Positions 49,501 through 60,071 are shown, counted from the first letter of the stretch. The stretch: 64,000 nucleotides of DNA from Nitrospirota bacterium (GCA_963790025.1 CAWBMP010000002.1:64001-128000); one strand, 5' to 3'. Made by a program: numbers and translations. The notes: generated by a model from the letters alone, not told the origin.

Positions 49501-50373
49501 TTATATGAGCCCTGCACTTTTCAGCACACCTTTCAGTTTCTCTTTGTTTCCAGGGGACATCTCGCAGAGAGGGAGCCTTATTTCCTCCCTTATCTTTCCC
49601 ATGAGAGCCAGGGCCGTTTTTACAGGAATAGGGTTCGTCTCGATAAACATAGCTGCATTCAGGGGTTCAAGTTTGAAATGTAGCTGTTTCGCCTTTGCAA
49701 TATCGCCCTTTTCCCAGGCATTCACCATATCGGCTACATCTTTCGGAGCAATGTTACCCGTAACCGAAATAACACCTCTGCCGCCGAGAGCCAGCATAGG
49801 GAAAGTACTGAAATCATCTCCGGAAATAACGGCAAGCCTGTCACCGCAAAGCCTGATGAGGTCACTCGCCTGTCTAATGTCGCCGGTTGCTTCCTTAATG
49901 CCGATGATATTGTCGAATTCAAGAAGCCTTGCCACAGTCGCAGGCAGCATATTTACAGCGGTCCTTCCCGGGACATTATAAAGAATTATCGGGATGTCCA
50001 CAGCCTTTGCAATAGCCTTGAAATGGAGGAAAAGACCCTCTTGCGTAGGTTTATTATAATACGGCGTAACGATCAGGGCTGCGTCGGCGCCCAGTTTTTG
50101 GGCCTTCCTGGTGATTTGTATCGCCTCATCCGTCGAATTGGCTCCGGTGCCGGCAATAACCGGTATTTTTTTATTAGCGGCTTTTACAGCGACCTCGATG
50201 ACCCGGTAATGCTCATCAAAGTCAAGGGTAGCAGCCTCTCCAGTAGACCCGCAAGGCACAATGCCATGGGTGCCCTCAGTGATATGCCAATGGATCAGAT
50301 TACGGTAGGCCTTTTCATCAAATTTACCTTCCTTAAACGGTGTTACCAGTGCAACGAAGGAACCGTTAAACAT
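49501..50373 (-). CDS. dapA: 4-hydroxy-tetrahydrodipicolinate synthase
   Basis: GSTGE, PYYNKP, YNVPGRT, IKEA. Confidence 0.97.
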   Translation of the reverse strand: MFNGSFVALVTPFKEGKFDEKAYRNLIHWHITEGTHGIVPCGSTGEAATLDFDEHYRVIEVAVKAANKKIPVIAGTGANSTDEAIQITRKAQKLGADAALIVTPYYNKPTQEGLFLHFKAIAKAVDIPIILYNVPGRTAVNMLPATVARLLEFDNIIGIKEATGDIRQASDLIRLCGDRLAVISGDDFSTFPMLALGGRGVISVTGNIAPKDVADMVNAWEKGDIAKAKQLHFKLEPLNAAMFIETNPIPVKTALALMGKIREEIRLPLCEMSPGNKEKLKGVLKSAGLI

Positions 50374-50535
50374 GTACGACCTCCTTCAAAAAATAAGCTG
50401 TGGGCCATCAGTAAAAAAACTACCACTCGCCACCTAATAACCCATGTACTGTATTATATATTTTAATTCTGCGTTTTCCTATGGCCTCTCTTTTGTGCCT
50501 TGCTCCCGGCGCCTCTTGTCCATCTTTTGTTTTTT

Positions 50536-51648
50536 TCAGATAAGCATCAGTCCGGCCTTGGATTTATGTTCCAGTTTGATATTCCAAATTACCACAGCGG
50601 ATTTTAGTACTGACAGGCCGTCTTCTGTTAGGAAAAAAATAACTTCACCAGGTTTCAATTCTATATCACTAATAAGACCGACTCCTCCCTCACTCATATC
50701 GATGCAGGTACCCTTATAAATCTTATCCTTCGACTCTCCCTTCTTGCGAAAATCGAGTTGGGTTTGGCATACCTCTCGCTGATGTCTCCTTTGGTCTGTT
50801 CTCTTCTGCGCAAGATTCTTAATCCTGCCCTCAAAGACCTCCACAGCAGGACCCGTCATATATACATGGTTATCTTCAGGCCAATCTACAGCCAGGTCTC
50901 CTCCCGGGAGATGTATCGTGACGTTCCTGTCTGTGAGACCTTTCAGCATTGCAGCCACCGCAGAGGCCGACGCACCTGTTCCGCATGCCAGGGTCTCCCC
51001 TGCTCCCCTCTCCCATACCCTCATCTTCAGTTCCTTCTTATTTAGTACATTAACGAACTCGACATTGGTTTTATTAGGGAAAAGAGGATGACTCTCTATA
51101 TCAGGCCCATAAAAGGACACCGGGAATTCGGTAACGTTTTCATCTATAAAAATTACCGCATGGGGATTTCCCATCGAAACACAGGTAATTTTAAAAACGT
51201 GGTCACTGATTTCCAGAGGGTAATCAATGACAGAAGCAGCAGATCGGAGTGTCACGGGAATCTTTTCAGCTTCCAGTACCGGCTCCCCCATATCAACCTT
51301 TACCAGATTCCCGATACGTTCAGGCCGTATTATGCCGGTGAGAGTTTCAATTTCCAAAACATCCTTAACCGAAAGCTTCCTGTCCCAGATATACCTGGCA
51401 AGGCATCGTATGCCGTTGCCGCACATCTCGACCTCGCTGCCGTCAGCATTGAATATTGCCATTTTAAAATCAGCCATGGCCGAGAAATATAGCACCAGGA
51501 GCTGATCAGCGCCAATGCCGAATCTCCTGTTGCAAAGAAACCGGGCGAGTTCTCCTATATCAAATAGTCCGGAGATATTAAGTTCCCTGCTATCAATGAC
51601 TACAAAGTCATTCCCGGCACCGTGCATTTTACAAAAAGTAAGTTCCAT
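50536..51648 (-). CDS. dapF: Diaminopimelate epimerase with C-terminal PilZ domain
   Basis: KMHGAGNDF, MCGNG, GNPH, ERGAGETLACGTG; then QRRHQR and DMSEGG. Confidence 0.92.
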   Translation of the reverse strand: MELTFCKMHGAGNDFVVIDSRELNISGLFDIGELARFLCNRRFGIGADQLLVLYFSAMADFKMAIFNADGSEVEMCGNGIRCLARYIWDRKLSVKDVLEIETLTGIIRPERIGNLVKVDMGEPVLEAEKIPVTLRSAASVIDYPLEISDHVFKITCVSMGNPHAVIFIDENVTEFPVSFYGPDIESHPLFPNKTNVEFVNVLNKKELKMRVWERGAGETLACGTGASASAVAAMLKGLTDRNVTIHLPGGDLAVDWPEDNHVYMTGPAVEVFEGRIKNLAQKRTDQRRHQREVCQTQLDFRKKGESKDKIYKGTCIDMSEGGVGLISDIELKPGEVIFFLTEDGLSVLKSAVVIWNIKLEHKSKAGLMLI

Positions 51649-51650
51649 GG

Positions 51651-52913
51651 TTAAATCAATTTAGGAATGCTCTCGCCCTTTACAAGGTCGCCGTAAGTCT
51701 CTCTCTTTCTTATTAGCGAACAGGTTTTGCCCTTTACGAGCACCTCCGCCGCCCTTGTGCGGCTGTTATAATTTGAAGACATGGCAAATCCATATGCCCC
51801 TGCACTCATCACAGCGAGATATTCACCCTGCTTGACGCTCTGTATTTCCCTGTTCAATGCCAGAAAATCTGCAGACTCGCATATAGGGCCTACTATATCC
51901 GCAAATATCTTCTCTTTTCTGTTTTTCAGCACGGGCTGTACGTGGTGATATGCACTGTAAATGGAAGGTCTTATGAGATCGTTCATCCCGGCATCAACAA
52001 TAACGAAATCCTTATCATCACCTTTCTTAATATAAAGGGTCTTTGTCACCAGAATGCCTGCATTGCCTACGATTGACCTGCCGGGTTCTAAAATAACAGT
52101 AATTTTTCTTTCTTTAAGCAAAGGCAGAATATTCCTGGCAAGCTGCGATGGATTTGGGGGCGTCTCGTCATAATACGTGATACCCAGTCCGCCGCCGATA
52201 TCAAGATATTCTATATTTATGCCGTGCTTTACCAGTTCATCCATAAGCGACAGTATCTTTTTGAGTGCATCGACAAACGGAGAAACTTTGGTAAGTTGAG
52301 AACCAATATGCTTGTGAATGCCTACGATGGCTATATTTTTCATACCGAGCGCAAGATTGTAGTACTCAAGAGCATTCTCCATAGGTATGCCGAATTTGTG
52401 CTTCCGCAACCCTGTAGAAATATAAGGATGTGTCATCGGGTCTATATCAGGATTGATCCTCAATGCAATCGGCGCTTTCACCTTCATTCTGCCGGCAATT
52501 CTGTCGATTCCCCGCATTTCATCCTCAGATTCTACGTTAAACATTAGAATCTTGCTTTTCAGCGCATAACGAATCTCTTCCTCAGTCTTGCCTACACCGG
52601 CATATACTATCTTATGGGCCGGAATGCCGGCTTTAAGCGCCCTATAAATTTCTCCGCCAGAAACCACATCCGCTCCGCTGCCGTTTTTTTTAAACAGTTT
52701 TAAAAGCGCACCGTTTGAGTTGGCCTTGAGCGCATAACAAATAAGATTTGGGAATCCGCTGAATGCATCTTTATAGGCCTTAAAATGCCGAGTCAGCGTA
52801 TTATAGCTGTAAACGAAAAGGGGTGTGCCGAATTTGGCGGCAATATCCTTTACCGGCACATCTTCAGCATACAACTCTCCGTCTCTATAGTTGAAAAGAT
52901 GCATATAACTCAT
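51651..52913 (-). CDS. lysA: Diaminopimelate decarboxylase
   Basis: YALKAN, HIGSQ, EPGR, GPICES. Confidence 0.96.
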   Translation of the reverse strand: MSYMHLFNYRDGELYAEDVPVKDIAAKFGTPLFVYSYNTLTRHFKAYKDAFSGFPNLICYALKANSNGALLKLFKKNGSGADVVSGGEIYRALKAGIPAHKIVYAGVGKTEEEIRYALKSKILMFNVESEDEMRGIDRIAGRMKVKAPIALRINPDIDPMTHPYISTGLRKHKFGIPMENALEYYNLALGMKNIAIVGIHKHIGSQLTKVSPFVDALKKILSLMDELVKHGINIEYLDIGGGLGITYYDETPPNPSQLARNILPLLKERKITVILEPGRSIVGNAGILVTKTLYIKKGDDKDFVIVDAGMNDLIRPSIYSAYHHVQPVLKNRKEKIFADIVGPICESADFLALNREIQSVKQGEYLAVMSAGAYGFAMSSNYNSRTRAAEVLVKGKTCSLIRKRETYGDLVKGESIPKLI

Positions 52914-53100
52914 CCTACTGGTTTGATTTTAGTATATTTTTTAACATAATGAGCAGGTTAATGTCAAAGGCAACAGGCTATAGGGTATTGTAACCTGGAG
53001 CTTCATTTTGACGTCTTTGGTACTTAAATTGTGCAGAAATAAAACGGAAAACGTGCCCTTTTAAGTTCAAATTAACGGCTTTTCGGGCTATATTTTTGCA

Positions 53101-55740
53101 TTAATGGTTTGTTTTATCCAGCACATCCCTCATTTTATCCAAAAGCTCTCTCGTTGATATAGGCTTTGGAATAAAATGCAACCCTTCTTCAAGTAATTTC
53201 TTGCTCGTCAATATATCACCCGCATGCCCGCTCGTGAATATAATCCTCACATCAGGCTGTATGTTCTGCATCTCTTTATAAGCGTCTTTGCCGCTCTTTC
53301 CTGGCATTATTACATCCATTAGCACAAGATCAATTTGATTGTATTGTTCGCTGAATTTATTCACGGCGTCGATTCCGTCTTCCGCATCTATGACCTTATA
53401 CCCAAATTCCTTAAGCAAGGTTCCCGTCGCCTGTCTTAATGATGCTTCATCCTCAACCAATAGTATTGTCTCTGTCCCCCCTCTCAGGGGAATATTGTCC
53501 ATAGATTTTGCTTTTGCAGCTTCTGTGTCAATTGCCGGCAAATATATACTGAATATTGTGCCTTTGCCCACCTCACTATAAACATTTATATATCCATCGT
53601 GCTGCTTTATTGTCCCATATACCATCGCAAGTCCAAGTCCTGTGCCTTTCCCTACTCCCTTTGTGGTAAAAAAAGGCTCGAAGATCTTTTTCCTTGTCTC
53701 CTCATCTATTCCCGTTCCTGTATCCTCAACTGACAAAAGGGCGTATTTACCCGCTTTTCCATATCCATACTTGTTTATGAAGGTATTATTCATTTCAAAA
53801 GGTCCTGTGCTTATAGTCAACGTGCCACCTTCAGGCATGGAATCCCTTGCGTTTGTTGCAAGGTTCATCAATGCCTGTTCTATCTGCACTGAATCAGCAT
53901 TTATCACCATATCCTCAGTCAAAAGTTTTAAGTTGAGCTTTATGTGCTCGCCTATTACTCTCGACAGGAGTTTTGCAGCAGTGTTAACTATATCATTGAG
54001 ACTTGCCGGTTTTATGTCGAGCACCTGTTTCCGACTGAAAGCCATAAGGTCCCTTATAAGAGTTGTGGCCCTATCTGTAAGGGCGGGTATATGGTCCAGG
54101 TACTCCCTTGCCGGATGGTCTTCTTTTTGTATTTGGATCTGAAGGAGTGAGGTAAATCCTATAATTGCACCGAAAATATTGCTAAGGTCATGAGCAATTC
54201 CTCCCGCAAGCAGGCCGATGGATTCCATCTTTTGTGCCTGCACTAGTTGTGCTTCGAGTTTCATTTGCTCAGTTATGTCCAGAAAAGTCAGCACTGCTCC
54301 AACTATCATGTTATCTTTCAAAATCGGGGTGCTAGTATATGCAACCCGAAATCTTGAGCCATCCTTTCTCCAAAATACTTCATTCCCTATGCTATGAGAT
54401 ACAACCCCTTTCCTATAAGCTGCGTAAATAGGGCACTCATGTTCAGGATATGGACTTCCATCTGCTTTTGTGTGATGCCAGAGTGAATGGCTTTCCCTGC
54501 CTAAAAGTTCCTCAACTGTATAACCAAGCATGCTCGCTGCGGCAGGATTGACAAAAGTATGTTTGCCCTCTAAATCTAATCCAAGAATCCCATCACCTGT
54601 AGAGTTTAGCAAAACTTGATTGTGCTGACTGATTCTTTTGAGTTCCTCCTCTGTATCTTTGCGGTAACTAAGGTGCAAGTTGTAACTGGTGAGCAGTTGG
54701 CCAACCTCATCATGCCGAGTTACGGGGATATTCTGTAATGGCAACCGTTCCTCAGTAATATCCTGAATTAATCTGCTTGCAGTGTATAGAGGGTGTAGCG
54801 CCTGCTTGATAATGAGCCATACTAAAAAAGAGCTGATGAGTGACATTCCAAGGGCGATAGAATATGCCCACTGCTTCATCGAACTAATCGGTGCAAATGC
54901 CATCTCTGTCGGCAGCCCGACTCGAATAAACCAGCCGGGCGTAGGGATATGTTTGGCAGATATGAGTATTCTAACTCCCCTTGAATTGACGGTTATTCCT
55001 GAGCCCTCAAAGCCGGCCTCGACCCGGTCCAACAAGGGGTTAACGCCGTATGCCGGTCTTGGTTCCAAGATCCTTGTTGGATCGCTTCCAGTGATATACA
55101 TGTGATATTTTCGGGACCCTACCAAAAACCTGTCAGGGAAATCCTTATAGGCAGAGCTCTCGATTGTCCCCAAAAGTGTCGGGTCGGACAACAGCGTATA
55201 TCCTGCCAGTACGCCCGTGAGCTGTCCTGACCGAGCCAGAACGGGAACAGCAAAACCGATAATAGGCTTTCTTGAAAATCGACCCAACGCCGGCTTGCCA
55301 ACCGCCGGCTTTCCACTGGCGACCACATCCCTGAAATATTCACGGTCTGACAAAGATCCGCCTGTCCGTCCTGGTACCACGGGGTAGTCTGCAATCACCT
55401 TGCCTTCCTTTGAAAGCACCGTCAGCCCCAGCTGGAACACGGTCAATAACGAAGTCCTGCCATGAAGAAACTCTCTTAATTTGCCAGGGTTTGCTATGAG
55501 TTCCGGGGTGATTAAGGATGCAACAGCAGTCAGCAAACTGAAACGCAGTTTGACCTGTTTCTCGATGCTATCTGCAATATACGATGCTGTTGAGAATTGC
55601 TGTGCTTCTATCTGGGCAGTCATTTCCTGTTGCAATAGCGTTGAAATAAAGAACGTCAGCATCCAGATGCTGCACAAAAACAACAGCAGCACAGTCATGG
55701 TGATTTTAGTCTTCAGACTTAAAGAAGACAACTTACTCAT
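53101..55740 (-). CDS. Hybrid sensor histidine kinase (Cache-HAMP-PAS-HisKA-HATPase-REC)
   Basis: LSDREYF, AHDLSN, NARD, GTGLGL, receiver LLVEDE/DVIMP/KP. Confidence 0.92.
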   Translation of the reverse strand: MSKLSSLSLKTKITMTVLLLFLCSIWMLTFFISTLLQQEMTAQIEAQQFSTASYIADSIEKQVKLRFSLLTAVASLITPELIANPGKLREFLHGRTSLLTVFQLGLTVLSKEGKVIADYPVVPGRTGGSLSDREYFRDVVASGKPAVGKPALGRFSRKPIIGFAVPVLARSGQLTGVLAGYTLLSDPTLLGTIESSAYKDFPDRFLVGSRKYHMYITGSDPTRILEPRPAYGVNPLLDRVEAGFEGSGITVNSRGVRILISAKHIPTPGWFIRVGLPTEMAFAPISSMKQWAYSIALGMSLISSFLVWLIIKQALHPLYTASRLIQDITEERLPLQNIPVTRHDEVGQLLTSYNLHLSYRKDTEEELKRISQHNQVLLNSTGDGILGLDLEGKHTFVNPAAASMLGYTVEELLGRESHSLWHHTKADGSPYPEHECPIYAAYRKGVVSHSIGNEVFWRKDGSRFRVAYTSTPILKDNMIVGAVLTFLDITEQMKLEAQLVQAQKMESIGLLAGGIAHDLSNIFGAIIGFTSLLQIQIQKEDHPAREYLDHIPALTDRATTLIRDLMAFSRKQVLDIKPASLNDIVNTAAKLLSRVIGEHIKLNLKLLTEDMVINADSVQIEQALMNLATNARDSMPEGGTLTISTGPFEMNNTFINKYGYGKAGKYALLSVEDTGTGIDEETRKKIFEPFFTTKGVGKGTGLGLAMVYGTIKQHDGYINVYSEVGKGTIFSIYLPAIDTEAAKAKSMDNIPLRGGTETILLVEDEASLRQATGTLLKEFGYKVIDAEDGIDAVNKFSEQYNQIDLVLMDVIMPGKSGKDAYKEMQNIQPDVRIIFTSGHAGDILTSKKLLEEGLHFIPKPISTRELLDKMRDVLDKTNH

Positions 55741-55930
55741 AAAAACCTATGATATTTACCTGCCCAAGCACTTTTTTCAGCATAACATTTCACAGATTCT
55801 CAATTCAAAGGGCCGAGGGAAACCTCGTTTGATTAAAAACCTGTAAGCCAGGACCTTCCGGTGAACTCGACAGTCGAGCTGCGTTTTATTCCGGGGAAAC
55901 AGTTACAGTAAGAGGCTTAGAGGGAGTAGT

Positions 55931-57049
55931 TCATGATACATATTCATATCTGCTTAGAGTCTCCTGATTGATATCAATACCCAAGCCGGACTTCTTAGGT
56001 ATAGAAACAAAACCATTCCTTATTTCGATCGGTTCACTCAGGAGCTCACTGCGGAGAGGGTTTGGGGCTGCATCCAGTTCAACAATAATTCCGCCAGGGA
56101 TTGCTGCAAAAAGATGCAAAGTGGCTGCAAGACCGACTGCATTACCGTAGAAATGTGGAGCCCAAGGCAGTCCCCAAGCTGCCGCCATGTTACAGACTAC
56201 TTTCATTTCAGAAATTCCTGCTGTTTTTGTTACATCGGGTTGTGCAATGTGAAATAATTTATTAGAGAATGCTTTTCTAAATCCGTCCCTGCAATAGACG
56301 TTTTCCCCACCGGCTATGGGGATTGGACTTTTCGCTGTCATGTAGGCCATATCATCTGGCTCCTCACATGAACAAGGTTCTTCAATCCATTCTATGCGGA
56401 AGTCAGATAAGATATCCGCCATTTTCAGAGCCTCTTGTACCTTCCAGCCCATGTTGGCATCTACCATTAAGCGGCACTCATTACCAATTACATCTCTGGT
56501 TTCACGGATATTTCTAACATCTAATTCGTTGCCAAAGCCTACTTTTATTTTAAACGCCTTGATTCCAAGTTCCCTGGCTGCCGCTGCCTGAACTTCCGGG
56601 TTCTTCGGACCAAGACCACTTGCATAAACTGGTGCTTCAGACAAATGTTTGCCTCCAAGCAATTCGTAAACCGGCATATTGCTATACTTGCCAAGTATGT
56701 CCCACAAAGCCATATCCGCACCACTGATAGCCTGCATTATCTGGCCGCGACAGCCAGCTTGCAGACCAATAGTGTTTAAATTGTCGTACATTTTGTGCCA
56801 AAGACGTCCAACCTCCAGAGGATTCTCTCCAATTAAAAGAGGCTTGATTGATTTTTCTATAGTGATCTTTCGCTCATCTAAGGCCCAAAAAGGATGGTTT
56901 ACAAAACTTTCACCCCATCCCTCAAACCCGGCATCGGTCGTGATACGAACCAGACAGCTTTTACGATGGGTCATTACACCAAAGGAAAAGCTGAGAGGCT
57001 CCTTCAAAGGAACTGCAAGGCTTATTGCCTCAACATTAATAATTTTCAT
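55931..57049 (-). CDS. Mandelate racemase/muconate-lactonising enzyme family protein
   Basis: DMALWD, KIK, MVDAN, WIEEP, GEN, QPD. Confidence 0.9.
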   Translation of the reverse strand: MKIINVEAISLAVPLKEPLSFSFGVMTHRKSCLVRITTDAGFEGWGESFVNHPFWALDERKITIEKSIKPLLIGENPLEVGRLWHKMYDNLNTIGLQAGCRGQIMQAISGADMALWDILGKYSNMPVYELLGGKHLSEAPVYASGLGPKNPEVQAAAARELGIKAFKIKVGFGNELDVRNIRETRDVIGNECRLMVDANMGWKVQEALKMADILSDFRIEWIEEPCSCEEPDDMAYMTAKSPIPIAGGENVYCRDGFRKAFSNKLFHIAQPDVTKTAGISEMKVVCNMAAAWGLPWAPHFYGNAVGLAATLHLFAAIPGGIIVELDAAPNPLRSELLSEPIEIRNGFVSIPKKSGLGIDINQETLSRYEYVS

Positions 57050-57063
57050 ATAAAATGCCCGTA

Positions 57064-58428
57064 TTAGCGGTCATTATTTCTCGAAGTTCCGAGCGGTTGT
57101 AGTGGCCCGGTGATAAATGCAATAGATGCAGCGCCTGTACAAGCTACAAGTGCTATAACGACAAAAGCCATTGTAAAGGAGCCCGTTTCCCTGACGATAA
57201 TTCCGGTGATTATGGGACTAACTATTCCGCCGCCCAGATTACCTGCCGTATTCATTATTCCAGCTATAGAACCTACGGAGTCTTTTGTGGGCGCAATATC
57301 TGTTGGCGTTGCCCAAATGGGCCCAAAGGCAAAACGCATAACGAACGCAGTAAAACAAAGGAGCATTACTGCTATCATAGGGTCTTTAGTCTGTCCGGCA
57401 AAAAATATAAAAATGGCACCGCCGATCATACCTGTGATGATAGGCACCTTTCTGGCAACTGTAAGACTCTTGTTACGACACACCACAGCGTCTGTAAAAC
57501 GTCCACCAATTAGACCTCCGATCAAACCGCAAATGCCGGGCAGCATTCCGTAAATCCCCATTTTTATAATTGAAAAATGTTGCTCTTTAATTAAATATGT
57601 GGGAAGCCAGGTATAGAAGAATGCGTACAGATAAGGATAGCAAAAATATCCTATAGTAAGTCCCCAGACTTGACGATGCTTAAGCAAGGAACCCCACGAC
57701 ACATTGTTGGCAAGCTTATTATCAGAAAGCGGCTGATTAGGAATTTCGGCTTTAGCGGAAATTTCATCACTTTCGATATAGTCCAGTTCTTTCTTTGATA
57801 ACCATTTATGCTTCCGAGGTTCGTTGTAAAGGAACCACCACAAGATAGCCCAGCATATACTTATTACGGCAGTAACGTAAAAGACCTCTCGCCAACCATA
57901 TGCAAATAGGATCCAGGAAGATAATGGCATGCCGATTATAATCCCTCCATCATTGCCCAAGCTATAAAGTGCACTGGCAGTTCCCCGCTCACGCTTCGGA
58001 AACCAGACACGGACGGAGCGAGCAGCTGCAGGGAAATTAGGCGCCTCGCCAGCACCGAGTAATGCTCGAGCAGCCAATATGTTCCTAAAACCACTGGAAA
58101 TGCCGGTCATCAAAGTAGTAATTCCCCACCATATTCCTACTATCGTAAACGTTTTACGTGGTTTCAACTTATCAACAAGAATACCTCCAGGAATGTTGAA
58201 AAGCACATAGGTCCAAAAAAAAGACGAAATTATGATTCCGGCCATCGCCGGATCCAAAAATAAATTTTTAGATATAACAGGCAGCGTGACAGCCATATTG
58301 ACACGATCAATAGACTGAATTGTAATACCAAAAAAAAGCATTATTCCGATAAGCCAGCGATAATTAGGTATTCCATGCTGTTTAGTTTCAAATTCGCCGG
58401 CACAACTTACTCGGTTCTTTTCATTCAT
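57064..58428 (-). CDS. MFS transporter (ACS/sugar-acid type)
   Basis: DRVN, GEAP.FP, WFPKRERG; ATG 58428 with GAGGAG RBS. Confidence 0.9.
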   Translation of the reverse strand: MNEKNRVSCAGEFETKQHGIPNYRWLIGIMLFFGITIQSIDRVNMAVTLPVISKNLFLDPAMAGIIISSFFWTYVLFNIPGGILVDKLKPRKTFTIVGIWWGITTLMTGISSGFRNILAARALLGAGEAPNFPAAARSVRVWFPKRERGTASALYSLGNDGGIIIGMPLSSWILFAYGWREVFYVTAVISICWAILWWFLYNEPRKHKWLSKKELDYIESDEISAKAEIPNQPLSDNKLANNVSWGSLLKHRQVWGLTIGYFCYPYLYAFFYTWLPTYLIKEQHFSIIKMGIYGMLPGICGLIGGLIGGRFTDAVVCRNKSLTVARKVPIITGMIGGAIFIFFAGQTKDPMIAVMLLCFTAFVMRFAFGPIWATPTDIAPTKDSVGSIAGIMNTAGNLGGGIVSPIITGIIVRETGSFTMAFVVIALVACTGAASIAFITGPLQPLGTSRNNDR

Positions 58429-58759
58429 ATCAGCTCCTCTCAAAGAGGTTTCCACTAAAAAAAGAATTTGCAGCAACATCGTTTGTAAGAGGTCATACCA
58501 ATTTATCATGGTATTAACTATATGTCAAATTTTGAACATAGCTATATTGTTATATGGTTATGAGACTTAGGACACAACGCCCACGATATAGAAGTGATGA
58601 TGGATCATAAAAACATGTGATAAAGTTAGGGATAAGAAGAGGGGAAGTTATAAACAAAATGGATTTTTTTAAGGCACACGGCCTCAGACAGCTTGTTACA
58701 AGTATTGAACTGAGGCAGGGATTCAGTCGGCAGATGCGGTAATCCTGGCCGCTTTTGAG

Positions 58760-58789
58760 TTGACAAAAAGCTGATATAAATAGTAAATT
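58760..58789 (+). promoter_or_regulatory. Sigma70-type promoter of tRNA-Lys/Glu
   Basis: TTGACA-N18-TAAATT upstream of the tRNAs. Confidence 0.5.
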
Positions 58790-58831
58790 ATGAATTCTGG
58801 TTTCAGTCTTAATAATGTTTTTCTTTGATTA

Positions 58832-58904
58832 GGGCCGCTAGCTCAGTTGGTAGAGCAACGCCCTTTTAAGGCGTGGGTCGTTGGTTCGAATCCAACGCGG
58901 CTCA
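58832..58904 (+). tRNA. tRNA-Lys(TTT)
   Basis: Cloverleaf, anticodon loop CTTTTAA, GGTTCGAATCC. Confidence 0.95.
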
Positions 58905-58948
58905 TAAATCAGGGCTCCTGAAAAAATCGAAGATTTTTCGGGATATGT

Positions 58949-59023
58949 GTCCCCATCGTCTAGCCCGGCCTAGGACATCGCCCTTTCACGGCGGTAACGA
59001 CGGTTCGAATCCGTCTGGGGACG
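58949..59023 (+). tRNA. tRNA-Glu(TTC)
   Basis: GTCCCCA...TGGGGACG, anticodon loop CTTTCAC. Confidence 0.95.
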
Positions 59024-59219
59024 CTTTAACATCAAAGGGTTGCTCCAGCAACTTTTTTCTTCGCACCTCTAAAAAGTCTGTCCATGAAACCGGTCTCGCA
59101 TGTCACTTTCCCCTTATGAGTGGATTTGCGTATTTTATTGTTATATAATAGTTTACTTGAATCCCGAATACATTAAACCCAAGTCGAGCTTCTTTGATTC
59201 AAACCGGAGAGGGGGACAT

Positions 59220-59936
59220 ATGGCGAAGCAGGAACTCAGGGCGAAAACAATACAAGAATTGCGTAAAATGGCAAAAACAAAAGGTCTAGTTGCCCGGAGA
59301 GACTGGAAGAAGAAAGATTTCATAAAAGCCCTGTCTTCAAAAAAAGTATCAGGAGGCCAGGTTGCAAAACCGGTTAAGGGAAACCAGGTAAAAAAAACAG
59401 CAGCTAAAAAGCGGGCTGTATCCAAGACAGCAAAAAAGCCGGCAGGTCATACCGCACCTCAGTCGGTTAAGCCGCTTGCAGAATTGGGGCTGCATCCTTT
59501 GCCTGCCGAATACCATGATGACAGGATCGTGTCGATGCCGGTGACTCCCGGACGTTTATATGTATACTGGGAAATACCCGAAAATAAAATTATTGAAAAC
59601 AAAGGTAGTCTTAATATTAAAGCTCTTGATATGAATACTAATTCTTTTTTTTATACGCCTGTTTCCGGGAGAATAGGAGAATCGTTTATCGCTATAAACC
59701 CTGATAGCGACTACTCAATCGAAATAGGCGTTATCAACAGTCAGGGTGAATTTGTGAATATAAGTCAAGTGGGATCAATTTCTGGTATTCCCGAAGTCCA
59801 TACCTGGACGCCGACAGACGGGCCCGCTGAAGATATACCATCCTGCAAACAGCCTGAAACAACCGGACAGGCACCTCAGGGGGCACTGCCCGAAGAGTTT
59901 TTCAAAACACCCGGGTCCATAAACTCGTCATATTAA
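59220..59936 (+). CDS. DUF4912-like protein with Rho-N-like N-terminus
   Basis: TIQELRKMAK...KKKDFI; LPAEY..DRIVSMPV.P..LYVYWEI. Confidence 0.7.
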   Translation: MAKQELRAKTIQELRKMAKTKGLVARRDWKKKDFIKALSSKKVSGGQVAKPVKGNQVKKTAAKKRAVSKTAKKPAGHTAPQSVKPLAELGLHPLPAEYHDDRIVSMPVTPGRLYVYWEIPENKIIENKGSLNIKALDMNTNSFFYTPVSGRIGESFIAINPDSDYSIEIGVINSQGEFVNISQVGSISGIPEVHTWTPTDGPAEDIPSCKQPETTGQAPQGALPEEFFKTPGSINSSY

Positions 59937-59945
59937 ATTCCTATT

Positions 59946-59975
59946 TTGACATGAAATCAACACAGCCTTTAAAAT
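59946..59975 (+). promoter_or_regulatory. Sigma70-type promoter of tRNA-Leu
   Basis: TTGACA-N18-TAAAAT directly upstream of the tRNA. Confidence 0.55.
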
Positions 59976-59982
59976 CAATTGA

Positions 59983-60067
59983 GCGAGAGTGGCGGAACTG
60001 GCAGACGCACCAGACTTAGGATCTGGCGGGGTAACCTATAGGGGTTCAACTCCCCTCTCTCGCACCA
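59983..60067 (+). tRNA. tRNA-Leu(TAG)
   Basis: GCGAGAG...CTCTCGCACCA, anticodon loop CTTAGGA, long variable arm. Confidence 0.95.
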
Positions 60068-60071
60068 TAAT

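Noticed and set aside
55745..55930. Riboswitch upstream of the hybrid kinase
   Set aside because: Small hairpins and an AAGCCAGGACCT stretch are present, but on the wrong strand and without a full cobalamin or c-di-GMP consensus
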